A stretch of 64,000 bases of DNA from Octopus sinensis (Eukaryota): the NCBI RefSeq assembly GCF_006345805.1, contig NC_043016.1, forward strand, positions 5,952,001 through 6,016,000. Direction: 5' to 3'. The notes under the pieces were generated by a model, which saw nothing but the letters and a program-made list of their open reading frames with translations, made no database searches and was not told where the DNA came from. Of this stretch, positions 51,630 through 64,000 are shown in pieces (within the stretch, counting starts at the first letter, position 1; the number at the start of each line of letters is the position of its first letter). A program made the translations under genes and the position numbers.

Positions 51630-52660
51630 GGTTTTAGATCAGACTCATATCTGACACATCATGCTGCATGAATTCAAAAAGAGCTCTTCAGCAATAGAAG
51701 CAGCAAGAAATATTCATTTTGTCGGCAAGGATGAAGCTTTAAGTGTCTGCACATGTCAACGATTGTTTCGTCAGTTTAGCTCAGTAAGTTTTTATCCCAC
51801 AGATTACACTCAACATAGACAATGAGCTTTTGTCAATATTGGGCTTCTGAAAGCCACAATCAAGAAAAAAACAAACCAAAACAAACTTCAAGAGAATTGG
51901 CAAAACAGTTCAATTCATGTCACATTTCATTCTTAAAACATATTCCTAAAATAATCTTACTGCTTCTCAGCTTAATCAAAGAGTTATCCTCTGCTTGTCT
52001 TAAAGAACAGAATTTCTAATAAACTTTTTCCTGGGTAGAATCATCACAAGTGATGAACAGTGGATACCCTATAATCATATCAAACAAAAATGACAATGGT
52101 TAGCACCAAATGAAAGAAGGAGAATCCATCCCCAAACTAGGACTACACCCCCAAAAAATAGCCATGTTGTGCGTTTGACATGATACGAAGAGTGTTGTCA
52201 ATCATGAAGTGTTAAACCAAAGTGAAACGGTTAATGTGGAGAAGCATTGTCCTCAATCAGAAGCGCCATACAAAAATATGCAGAAAAAAAGAAACTGGTC
52301 AATCGTTGGTCAATCATGAAGAGGTGTTGCTCATACATCATAATGCAAGACCAAATACTGCCCATGTCACTCAAGAAAAGATTATGAAGGTTTTACCTCA
52401 TCCTCTTTACTCTCCTGACTATCATCTTTTCAGACCATTGAAACATCATTTAGGTGGAAAACTATTAGGAATTGCGAAGAGGTTGAAAATGATAGAGTGT
52501 TCCTTTGCTGTGAAACCTGAGAAATTTTACACTGGAGGAATCAACAATTTACCAAATAGCTGGAACTATGTTATCAATAATGGGAGGAACAATTATGACC
52601 AAAGAAGCTTTTGTCCTTTCCTATCTAGAAATGCAACAGAACTTTCCTTCTAACCTACTA
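51630..52660 (+). mobile_element. Decayed mariner transposase
   Basis: HIMLHEFKKSSSAIEAARNI; ITSDEQWIPY; HHNARPNTAHVTQEKI; LPHPLYSPD-YHLFRPLKHHL; frameshifts and stops. Confidence 0.8.
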
Positions 52661-53089
52661 TATAAATTATATCTATAGCATTATTTGACTGCTGTAATCA
52701 CCTGAGACCAGAATTGGTGCACAATACAAGTCCCCCACCACCACCACACCTGGAACTGCTTCCATATCTCATTCTCATTGCCATCCCTTCCTGCTTTATT
52801 TCCCACTGATCATCACCTCCTTTCTGTGCCTTCAGCTACATCTCTCTCTTTCTCTCATCTACCATACCCTGTCATAACACACCTTCATATTTGTTATCAT
52901 TCTGAAAACTCCATCATTCCCCACTCTCTATAACCAATTTTTGTACCTCTCCCCCACTGCTCCTACACCTCACACATCATTCCCCATATTTTTTTTTATC
53001 CATTCTCCTGCCTGAGACACTTTTCTCTCTCCTATCTTACCCCACCCCCTCTCAATACTGGTATTTCTCAAACAGTTCTTCCACCTTTC

Positions 53090-54480
53090 TTCATCACTCA
53101 CTACCCCCATCCTCACCCACCCTACACATCAAATAGTATTTCAAACCTGCGGCATAATTTTTTGTATTCGTCTCATTATTATTTTTTTTAATTTTGTCAA
53201 TAAATGCATCTTTTTCTACTTTACTTTTTATCTCTTCCAATGCGACTGGTAGTTCCCACGCTACATTGCAGAGAATATTTTTTAATTCAACTTCTGATTT
53301 TAATGCTGCTATTACCATATCTTCTAGCGGTTCCTTATACTCTGGAATCAATCACAACAGCCCATCTACATGTCCCAATTTCTTCAAAGGCAAAAATTCC
53401 ATTTTCAAATCATAATTTAATAAGGTAATCCCCCTGTAATCAATTGGCTGTATGTGTAGGGACACCTTTTTTTTTATCCATATGTTGTTAATAGTGGACC
53501 GTGATCTGTCTGCAAGGTAAACTTTCTGTTGTGCAAGAATTTATGAAATTTCTTCACTGCAAAGATAATGGTTAGTGCCTCTTTCTCTATCTGGCAATAA
53601 TTTTTTTTCATCGATAGTAATGCACGTGTGATCGGTTTTACATTACCATTTTCCAACTTATGCAAGATTACTGCCCTGATCCCAGACTAGCTAGCATCTG
53701 ATGCTACAATTATTTTTAGTTTTGGATCAAAATGTGCTGGAGATAGCTCTAACATTAACATCTTTTTAATCACTTTGAATTTTTTTTTGGCATTCGTTAG
53801 TTCAACATCATTTTATATCTTTTTTCAATAGTTTTTTTAAAGATGCTCTTAGCTCATGCATTTTTGGAATATACCTTTGATAATAATTCGCAAGACCTAG
53901 AAAAGTTTGTAAAGTTGTTATATTAGTTGGAGGAAGCATATCTTTGTGTCAGCCCTCAACAGGTCATCTTGTCATCCATTCCTGTCAATAATTTGTCCTA
54001 AATACTTAATTTCAGGTAAGAAAAATTCACATTTTGCCTCACTCAATCTGAAACCATAATCTCTTATTTTTTTCAAAAACACACTTTACGTGCTCGACAT
54101 GCTGATCACAAGATTCACTTTTAATTAATATATCATCCAAGTATGGAACTGCAAATTTACAGTCTGCTAACATTGTATCCATAACCTGTTGAAAAATTAC
54201 AGGTGCAACTTTTATTCTGAAAGGAAGTCAGTTAAACCAGTATAACCCTTTGTGTGTGTTTATCATTAACAGGTTGGAACATTCTTCATCTATCTGTAGC
54301 TGTAAATAAGCTTCTGATAAATCCAGTTTAGGAAAGAGTTTGCCTCCATTAAGCTTGGCAAAAATTTCTTCTCGTCATCACTTATATCTGAACTGTTATA
54401 ATATCAAACATTCCTGATGTTCTCTTATTACTCTCCAAATGTGTATCTTCAACAAGCACTCCACAATATCTCTATTCAAT
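53090..54480 (-). mobile_element. Ty3/Gypsy pol relic (RT plus RNase H)
   Basis: KLDLSEAYLQL...APVIFQQVMDTML...PYLDDILI...KCEFFLPEIKYLG; NYCQIEKEALTIIFAVKKFHKFL..FTLQTDH; stops and frameshifts. Confidence 0.9.
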
Positions 54481-55452
54481 AATACCTACAACCTGTACAC
54501 TATGACTGCACATATGACACTCCTCTCAGACTGTTCTGCGTATGCTCATTTATACTAAGCACAGTTCACTTAGACAATCACGGGGGAGTACAGATTCCCC
54601 CATACAACAATTATCATCATCATTTAATGTCCATATTCCATGCTGGCATGGGTTGGATGATTTAACAAGGATGTGATGGGTCAATGGATTTCATCATGCT
54701 CTAGTGTTTGCATTGGCGTGGTTTCTATGGCTGGATGCACTTCCTAATGCCAACAACTCTACAGAGTGTACAGGGTGCTTTTTGTTGTGCCACTGGCACT
54801 ATTGAGGTCACCATATAGCTTGCATCTAACATACGGATACGATATCCAAATGTTACATGGGGGTCAAGATATGAGGGAAGAGGTTGGGGGTAGAGGAGCT
54901 GCATAGCTACTACACACGTTTAGGAATGAGAATGAATTAGAGGTTATCTCAAAGGAGATAGACAGTGGTGATGAGGTATCCAGGTGGCACCTCATGTAGC
55001 AGAGGTAGTAGCAGGTGGGGAGAATGGGTGTTTGCAAGAGTGTACGGGGAGGGGGGGATAAGTGGGAGAGGGAGGTAGGCAACAGCTGTAAAGATAGAGG
55101 AAGGGTTGTAGGGAGGGGCTGCATGAGTTGAGGGGGTTGCAGTGATGCTAACAGCTGGATGGTAACGATGGTAGCATTGACAGGGAAATGGTAGGGGTGG
55201 AGAAGAGAGATGGTGATGCATTTGGGAAGGGGCTGCAAGGGGTGGAGTAGAGAGATGAAGAGATATAGTGCTTGAGGAGAGATAATTTGGTTGTCTGAGG
55301 AGGGTGGGAGAGGGCCACTGCAACATGTAGGTATGAAGAACAAAATAAACGGATGAAGAAGGGCTAACAGGTGCAAGGGTGGCAAGGGGGGGGGAGCTGC
55401 AGTGGATAATATGGTGCATGTGATGGTGGTGGGGGACATGAGTGAGATGTTC

Positions 55453-55489
<37 letters not shown>

Positions 55490-55606
55490 GAAGGGCATCA
55501 AGCTGTAGAAAACATACCAAATCAGACTGGAGCCTGGTGCAGCTCTCCAGCTTTGTCCCAGCCTATGTCAGTATGGATAATGAACATTAAATGATGATAT
55601 ATATAT

Positions 55607-55637
<31 letters not shown>

Positions 55638-55865
55638 TATAAGAAAAAGCAACCAGTACACTTTGTTAAGTGGTTGGTATTAGAAATGGCATCCAACTGT
55701 AGAAACCATTCCAATGGAGACATAGAACCCCTGGCGAGGCCTCTGGCTTGTCTGTTCTTGTCAAAGCATCCAACCCATGTCAGCATAGAAAAGAACATTA
55801 ACTGATGATATGATGATACACACACACACACATGTTGTGTGTGTTTCACATCAAGAATCTTGCAA

Positions 55866-55932
<67 letters not shown>

Positions 55933-55989
55933 CAGAGATACCTGGCGTTGTCAGTATTACAAGGAATTGAAGAATTAGACTTTTCTGTT

Positions 55990-57595
55990 ATATTTTCTCT
56001 AATTAACTGGAATACCTAGGATTCAAATTTCATCAAAATTGCAGGTGAGGGTTCTTTCCCTCTTTACACACCCTAAAAAATTCTAATCATGACACATGTA
56101 TCACATACTACTGATCTTTATGCGCAGATTCCAAAATTCCAGCTGGAATATATGTTAAAGGATTTTGCTCCTGAAAAATGGAGGTCATTGAGCTCTAAAA
56201 TGTGGGAGTTAAGGCCTCTATTGGAGAGTGGGCGTCTTAATGTCAACCACAGAAGTTGAATTGTTGAGAATCTTTTTAACTTGGGTCTTATATCTATTAT
56301 TCGAATTTCTTTGAAATCGGAAATATATGCTCACTGGGTTTGTAAAAGAGAGCAAAGCTACAGGAAACCAAAAGACGAATGATCACAATAAGCAGTCAGC
56401 TACCCTACCTTAGTCGTTACCACTCCCAATACAGGTAATAGGCACAGCCCTAAGATGGATTATGGATGTATAGCAATTGGAAGGGCATGACCCAACTCAA
56501 ATAAACATTAAACAACTGTGTGATGCGAGGGCTAAGGACAAATGAAAATGTCACCTCTGGGGTTTGCAAATGACCACTATACTGATAGGTAAATGGACGG
56601 ATAAATTTACAATCTATAAATGTCTTTGAATAACCAGTCACTCATCTGGGAAGGCCTTGAAATCAATGTTATCATCTGGGGACTAAGTGTGACCTAGTGA
56701 TAATAAAAGGACTCAAAGGAGGTCTGCAACCAAATAACTTTACTCAACACTTTGCAACTGAATCAGTGGAGGCAAAGATGCCTCTCATTTACTTGACAAT
56801 TTATGCACCACATTGCAGAAATCACAATCTACGCACATCTTAAAGCAAACTCTTACACTGATGTACTATTGAATTACAAATAATGCTCATCTTTTATGCT
56901 TGGGTGACCCTACAACTTCCAAGAGTACAACTGTATTCATCTTTGCTTAGATAAAACAACTAAACTGTGGGTGTTAAGTCACCATGAAGGGGTCTTTGTA
57001 ACTTCTAAGAAGACGAAATTTTAGAAATATTACTTCATTTGTGTCTAATATCTATGGTTAAAATTTCATCAACAGCCAAAATATTTGAATTTTCATGGGG
57101 GTTATGGCCCTTATGTATAGAATATAATTTCCAAATTTCATAAAGATCCAGTCAGTACTTTAGACCGAGTTTTGGATCACAAAAAATGACTAAAATTTGG
57201 GAGTTAAGGCCCCCACAAAGGAGTCTTAGAATGCTCCTGAGAAGTGGAAACTTTGAGAATAATTCTTGATGTGTGTCAATTACCCATGGTTAAAATTTCA
57301 TCAACATTGAAAATGTATGAATTTTCATGGGGGTTCTGCCCCCTTGAAGCCATCTCAAACCCAAACCAAATATATTGCATTATACCTGCCCTTATGCATT
57401 GAATGTAAATTCCAATTATCAAAAGGATCCATTCAGTAATTTTGGTCCATGAAATTGTTTGAAGCACACAGCATTACCCTTCTCACTAGGCTTGGATTTT
57501 GTGTTCCAAATTTCATTAGGATAGGTGCAGTAGTTTTTGAATGTATAAGTAGCACACGAACACACATAAAGACATTGACTCTTATATAATAGATA
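55990..57595. mobile_element. Unclassified non-coding DNA-element-like block with internal direct repeats
   Basis: ATGGTTAAAATTTCATCAACA...GAATTTTCATGGGG repeated near 57055 and 57285; CCAAATTTCAT..TAGTTTTTGA..CTCTTATATAATAGAT end resembles Helentron-like termini. Confidence 0.35.
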
Positions 57596-59901
57596 TAAAT
57601 ATACACATATACATACACGTAAATATGTGTGTGTGTGTATTATATATATACACAAAAACATAGATTGATAGATACAATTGAGTGGGCATACAAAACTATG
57701 AGACACTGCCTAGTGCTTTTTTTTTTATTTTGATAAGCCTGGTACTTATTCTATCAGTTCGTTCTTGTGAAACCAATAAGTTATGGGGATGTAAATAAAC
57801 GAACAGCAGTTGTGAAGCAGTGATGAGGGAGAAACACAGAGACAAAGACACAAACATACACTTACATATATACAAACATATATATATATATATACACAAT
57901 TGATTTCTTTGAGTTTCTGTCTACGAAATCCACTGACAAGGCTTTGGTTAGTCTGAGGCTATAGCAGAAGACACAGCCAAGTCACCACACAGTGGGACTG
58001 AACCCAGGACCATGTGTTCTGGAACCAAGTTTGTAACCACACAGCCAACCTGCACCTATGTATGTGTGTGTGATGGGTGGGTGTGTATGTGTGTATGGGT
58101 GTATATATATATATATATAAATATATATATACATGTATATGTCCCAACCCATGCTAGCATGGAGAACGGACGCTAAATGATGATGATGATGTATATATGT
58201 GTATATATATGTGTACATATTACATGTGCATCTATATACATCTACACATATACATGTATACATATACATGTACACATATACATCTATATATATATGTTTA
58301 TATATACATCTATATATATATATATACATTTGTGCAGATATATACATATATATATATATATCTTTTACTCTTTTATTTGTTTCAGTCATTTGACTGCGGC
58401 CATGCTGGGGCACCGCCTTTAGTCAAGCAAATCAACTCCAGGACTTATTCTTTGTAAGCCTAGTACTTATTCTATCGGTCTCTTTTGCTGAACCGCTAAG
58501 TGACAGGGACATAAACACACCAGTATCGATTGTCAAGCATTTCTAGGGGGACAAACACAGACACACAAACATATATACATATATATGATAAGCTTCTTTC
58601 AGTTTCTGTCTACCAAATCCACTCACAAGGCTTTGGTCGACCCAAGGCTATAGCAGAAGATGCCACGCAGTGGGACTGAACCCGGAACAATATGGTTGGT
58701 AAGCAAGCTACTTACCACACAGCCACTCCTGTGCCAATATATACATAATATATATTATATATATGTATGTATGTATGCCAGTATATGTGAGATAATAGTT
58801 TCACTTTAATAGTTTCAGTATTAAAGTGAAACTATCTGACATTACAATAGAGAGATGCTATTCTTTCACTTTTGACACCTAATACTGAAAGTGGAGAAGA
58901 TATGATATTGATCCGGGCTCACACTAGGCAAGAAGTTAAAAAATTTTCTGGCCTATGACACTACATGGATCCCAAGTAAGGCATGTGTAAAATTTGAATG
59001 AAATTGGTTGTGTAGTTCTCACAGACAGACACACATTCTCATCTTTATATATATACATGCAGCACTTCCTAAAGTCAGTTTTGCCATGATGGGTAGGTTT
59101 TCATGAGAACTTGACTGTCAGAAAAAAAATGATAGCATATACTTACATCATTAAATAATGTATGTATGTATATACTGTCTTGGTTGAACCAGTCTATTGC
59201 TACTCTGAGTTTCACCTGTATGAGCACACTTTTACTTGTTTCAGTCATTAGACTGTGGCCATGCTGGAGCACTGCCTTGAAGAATTTTAGTCAAATGTAT
59301 CGACCCCAGGACTTATTTTCTGAAACCTGGTACTTATTTTGTCTCTTTCGCTAAGCCTCTAAGTTACAGGGATCAATACCAGTTGTCAAGCAGTGTGTCT
59401 GTCTCCCAGTGGTGGGGGGACAGACACGCATACAGATATATATATATTATATATATATATATATATACACACAGATATGTGAGTGGACAAATTTATTGGG
59501 AGTTACATGTATGGATCAGACTGAAACTGTTTTGATCCGTATGTATTTATGTATGTACGCACATACGTACACACACACACAACAGGCTTCTTTCAGTACC
59601 CATCTACCAAATTCATTCACAAGGCGTTGGTCAAAAACAAAGGCTACAGCAGAAGACACTTGCCAAAGGTAATACACAGTGGAACTGAACCCAAAACCAT
59701 GTGGTTGAGAAGCAAACTCCTGGCCATACAGCCACATCAGTGCCCATATATATTATATATATACATCAAACTAAAGATCAGCATATGTTACTATTAAAGC
59801 TGCAAACACAAGTATACACACCTATTATATGTATACATATATATATATATGTGTGTGTGTATGTGTGTGTGTGGTGTATGTATGTATATATATATATAAT
59901 T

Positions 59902-60245
59902 ACCGGAGTAAACACATAAATGTGAAACAAGGTGGAAAAGAGAGTACTCAAATACCAGTGGTAGAGTAATATGCTTTATTTAAAGCAGCAGAAATTCAAC
60001 AAAACCTGTTACTCTGAGTTTCAGAATAACAGGTTTTGTTGAATTTTCTGCTGCTTTAAATAAAGTATATATATAATTATAACAATAAGGGTTTTGCAAC
60101 AAGTTGCTTGACCACATGAACTTGCAAAACCCTTATTGTTATAATTATATAAGTTTTTACCAAATATGGCCCTTTTCCATACCGAAATACTACTAGGTGA
60201 AATTTGTTGATTTTATTAAATTAATTATCTTCCACCCTATATCTG

Positions 60246-60293
<48 letters not shown>

Positions 60294-60629
60294 CCGGAGT
60301 AAACACATAATGTGAAACAAGTGGGAAAAGAGAGTACTCAAATACCAGTGGTAGAGTATATTTGCTTTATTTAAGCAGCAGAAATTCAACAAAACCTGTT
60401 ACTCTGAGTTTCAGAATAAGGTTTTGTTGAATTTTCTGCTGCTTTAAATAAAGTATATATTAATTATAACAATAATGGTTTTGCAACAAGTTGCTTGACC
60501 ACATGAACTTGCAAAACCCTATTGTTATAATATATAAGTTTTTACCAAATATGGCCCTTTTCCATACCGAAATACTACTAGGTGAAATTTGTTGATTTTA
60601 TTAATTAATTATCTTCCACCCTATATCTG

Positions 60630-60685
<56 letters not shown>
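59902..60685 (+). repeat. About 391-bp tandem duplication, each unit with two hairpins and a (TA)n tail
   Basis: Units start at 59902 and 60293; the second differs mostly by single-base indels. Confidence 0.85.
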
Positions 60686-60687
<2 letters not shown>

Positions 60688-63581
60688 GTTGGTTGCTTGT
60701 TATGACTGGTCAGAGAGTAACTACTTGACCATTGGCTTTGCACCTATAAAGTACTTAGCTGTATAGAGAACTCATCAGACTCAAATAGCCGATCCCACTG
60801 ACAGGTGGGAGAAAAGAAATGATGTTTATTCAGTTAACTGAATATTATGCTAATCAGTTGATAGCCTGGATTATAATTATCCCTTCAAATTTTATACATA
60901 CATGTTTCCTTTTGCTTGTTTCAGTCATTAGACTGCGGCCATGATGAATTTTTAATCAAATCCTTATTGATCTCTTGCTAAACTGCTAAGTTATAGGGAC
61001 ATAAACACACCAACACTGGTTGTCAAGCAGTGGGGTGGGGTGGGGGGGACAAACAAACAAATACACACACACACATAAATATATGAGATGAAATTCTTTC
61101 CATCTACATTCACAAGGCTTTGGTTGGTCCAAGGTGCCATGCAGTTGGACTCAACTTAGAACTTAACTACAAGCTTCTTACCTCACAGCCATACCTGCAC
61201 CTGTGTGTGTGTATATATATGCCAGAGCGGCTAATTGGCTTCCGAGCCGGTAGCATGTAGGAGGCACCATTCAAGCAGGATCGTTACCAGCATCGCCTCA
61301 CTGGCACCTGTGCCGTTGGCACGTGTAAAAAAGATTCGAGCGAGGTCGTTGCCAGTACTGCCTGACTGGCCCCGTGCCGGTGGCACATAAAAGCACCCAC
61401 TACACTCTCGGAGTGGTTGGCATTAAGAAGAGCATCTAGCTGTAGAAACTCTGCCAGATCAAGACTGGAGCCTGGTGCAGCCATCTGGTTCGGCAGCCCA
61501 CAGTCAAACCGTCCAACCCATGCTAACATGGAAAGTGGACGTTAAACGACGATAATGATGATGGTGATACATATATATACAGATGCAGACACCAAACATC
61601 AGCATTAATCAACAGAAGACAGCAAGCTGGCAGAACTGTTAGCACGCTGGACAAAATGCTTAGCAGTATTTCACCTGTCACTATGTTCTGAGTTCAAATT
61701 CAGCCAAGATCGACTTTGCCTTTCATCCTTTTGGGATCGATAAATTGAGCACCAGTGAAACACTGGGGTCAATATAATGAACAAGTCCTCTCCCACCAAA
61801 TTCCAGATCCTGTGCCTTTCGTAGAAAGGATTATTAATCAACGGAACTTGATTAATAAAAACAAGGGAAGAGAATTACATGCATGGCACTTATGAGACAT
61901 AAGTATGTGTATGGTCATTTACACATCATACTGAAAGTAAATACACCACTACTGGCAAAATTTACTGTGCAGTTTTGACTAGAGATACTTCCTGTGGATG
62001 CGCTGTTTTGAAAACACAATATATAATGCATATTTCAACAGGCTATATCCATAGGTAATATTATCTCCAGATGAATACTGCAGTCAAATTTCGCTTTACA
62101 TAAGTATAATGCATAAATGGTGATTTTAATAAAATAATATTTCTGTTGCATATAATGGATTTTTTATTCTGCTGGGCAAGTACTTGCAACATCAGCAATC
62201 GTTTATTCATAGCTAGCATATATATATATATCAATGATGATGGATTTTGTCTAAGCATGTTGGCTGTCAGTACACATTATTGATAATGCTCAATGAGACA
62301 GAAATACATTTAATGTCCTCATTCACCACTGTCGGGATGAGTTCCATCTTTGATATACACATATTGTGTTTTTAAACATAGTGTGTTCATAAGAGATGTC
62401 TCTGGAGGCAAAATCCACAGTAAATTTTACCTATTACAATATATTCATTTCTAGTATGATATATAAATGACTATTTTCATCTAATACTCATTCTGTTGCA
62501 TATAACAGCTTATATACGTGTGTGTGTATGTGTCTAATATACAGACTAGCTATACACATACACATTTTTAATGCACTATACACGTGTGTATATGTGTGTG
62601 TGTGTGTGTTTACACTTGAAACTAAAGATATCAAATTTTTATCATTTGGCAGAAATTAGTGATCATCGAGGCCAAAAGCTTCGTGTATATCACTTATCAA
62701 ACATATATATATGCACTGCACGAGTACGCATACAGGTGTGTGTGTGAGAGAGAGAGAAAGAGTGTGTGTGTGTGTGTGTACATATACGTGTGCATATGTA
62801 ATCCTAAAACTAAAAGATTGCCATATTATTTTTATTAATCAGTGAAACTTACAAAGTGACACAGGAGCCGAAAGCTTCTTACAGGGCATTTATCAAACAT
62901 GTGTGTGCGTGCGCGCGCGCGTGTATATATACATACACACACTCAACACATTACCGATGTATATAACTTTCAAAGTGACCCAAAAGCAAGAGTTCCGTGC
63001 AAGGCATGTGTGTATTTCATGTTTCACTTGTTTCGGTCATTAGAATGCGGTCATGACGGGGAATGGAAGTACTTTAGTCGGACAAATCGACATAATTTAT
63101 CGGTGTCTCTTGCCGACTTGCTACGGGTATCATAAACAAACCAACACCGGTAATCAAACCTTGGTGGGAGAGAAATACAACTCACACACACACATACACG
63201 ACGGGTTTCCTTCAATTTCCTTCTACCAAATCCACTCACAAGTCTTCGGTCGGGATCATAATAGAAGACACTTACACCAGGTACCACACAATGCGACTGA
63301 ACCCAAAATCACATGGTTGAGAAGCAAGCTTATTAACCACACAGCCACGCCTATATGTATGTGTGTGTGTATACAACTAAAGATTGTCATATTCCTATCG
63401 GCTAACATACGCAGTGTCCCAAAGGCCGAGAGTTTCGTCCATATCACTTATCAAACATTCGTGTGCGTATATGATGTATATATACATATATAATTACATA
63501 TACGCATGCATTCAACACAGTACACTAAACATATGCACTCGCACACACACAAACATACATATACTCAACACACGCATAGTA

Positions 63582-63624
<43 letters not shown>

Positions 63625-63730
63625 AGATGCATGGATGTATAAACTCCGACAACCCAAAGCTCACAAGTATAACACACACGCACGCAGCCAGCAAAAAGTA
63701 CATCAAAATAATGGGAAAGCTTCGTCTCAC

Positions 63731-63802
63731 CAGGTGTAAAACTCCGTCAACGACATCCTTGTTGCTGACTGAAGTAGATTCGCCCCTCAACAACGCCTTC
63801 AT
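63731..63802 (-). CDS. NBEA: Neurobeachin first coding exon (3' end certain, start codon uncertain; may extend to 63909)
   Basis: MKALLRGESTSVSNKDVVDGVLHL|gtgaga resembles NBEA/rugose VSNRDIVETVFNL and VTNREVVNTVLHL and joins exon 2 in phase 0. The frame is open upstream to a TGA at 63898-63896. Confidence 0.85.
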
Positions 63803-63909
63803 CAACTCCTTGACTCGAACGAGGGTCTCTTTGTCGCCAGAAGCTGCTGTATTATCGTCCAATGACCCTGGAAGGCTTCCAGTGCTTCTTTTTTGTCAAC
63901 CTCTGTCAT
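63802..63909 (-). promoter_or_regulatory. Candidate 35-codon upstream ORF whose stop overlaps the neurobeachin-frame ATG (TGATG)
   Basis: caaaATGA at 63909; MTEVDKKEALEAFQGHWTIIQQLLATKRPSFESRS*; TGA 63804-63802 shares its A with ATG 63802-63800. Alternative explanation is a 1-nt deletion in the A6 run. Confidence 0.4.
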
Positions 63910-64000
63910 TTTGGATCGCCGGAGGGTTCAGAGGTTGGGACAAAAGGGGGTGGGGTACACGATATATATATATACAGATATATATACGTATGTATGAGTA

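Larger units (their letters stand above)
62620..64000. promoter_or_regulatory. CpG-retaining 5' region of the gene (likely promoter-proximal, unmethylated)
   Basis: Visibly higher CG density (gcgcgcgcgc, and a CpG-rich old SINE copy at 63020-63350) than the CpG-depleted gene body; judged by eye, not counted. Confidence 0.45.

Noticed and set aside
54864-55520. 218-aa Pro/Leu-rich ORF
   Set aside because: Antisense reading of a purine-rich low-complexity stretch starting inside a repeat; no domain or splice support.
63512-63730. C-terminal part of the listed 116-aa ORF
   Set aside because: Read-through past the GTGAGA donor into intronic (CA)n repeat.
63802-63909. Resemblance of the uORF peptide (AFQGHWTII) to the FHIP/FAM160 N-terminal F..HW motif
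   Set aside because: Only a few residues match, the ORF stops after 35 codons, and I cannot test significance without a search.

Overview
AT-rich, repeat-dense animal genomic DNA. The SINE, LINE and microsatellite content suggests an octopus or other coleoid cephalopod (inference). The window holds the 5' part of one minus-strand gene, a neurobeachin (NBEA/LRBA/rugose-family BEACH protein) orthologue. I reconstructed 15 coding exons by hand. All have GT-AG borders with mutually consistent phases, encode about 541 aa counting from the ATG at 63802, and continue beyond the left edge. Intron 1 is 41,446 bp (22285-63730). The introns contain tRNA-derived SINEs, RTE and R4/Dong-like LINE remnants, Tc1/mariner and Ty3/Gypsy relics, MITEs and long microsatellites. 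Main observations: (1) a set of hammerhead-ribozyme-like motifs and fold-back palindromes, probably from Penelope-like elements, inserted in (TA)n tracts and concentrated at 40.5-45.4 kb. One is a nearly canonical type I hammerhead (43781-43852), and a three-copy family carries a shared non-canonical CUGUNGA core. (2) The best-context ATG of exon 1 is out of frame, and its 35-codon ORF ends in a TGATG stop-start overlap with the neurobeachin frame. This is either a regulatory uORF or a one-base error in an A6 run. No true tRNA, rRNA or CRISPR array was found.
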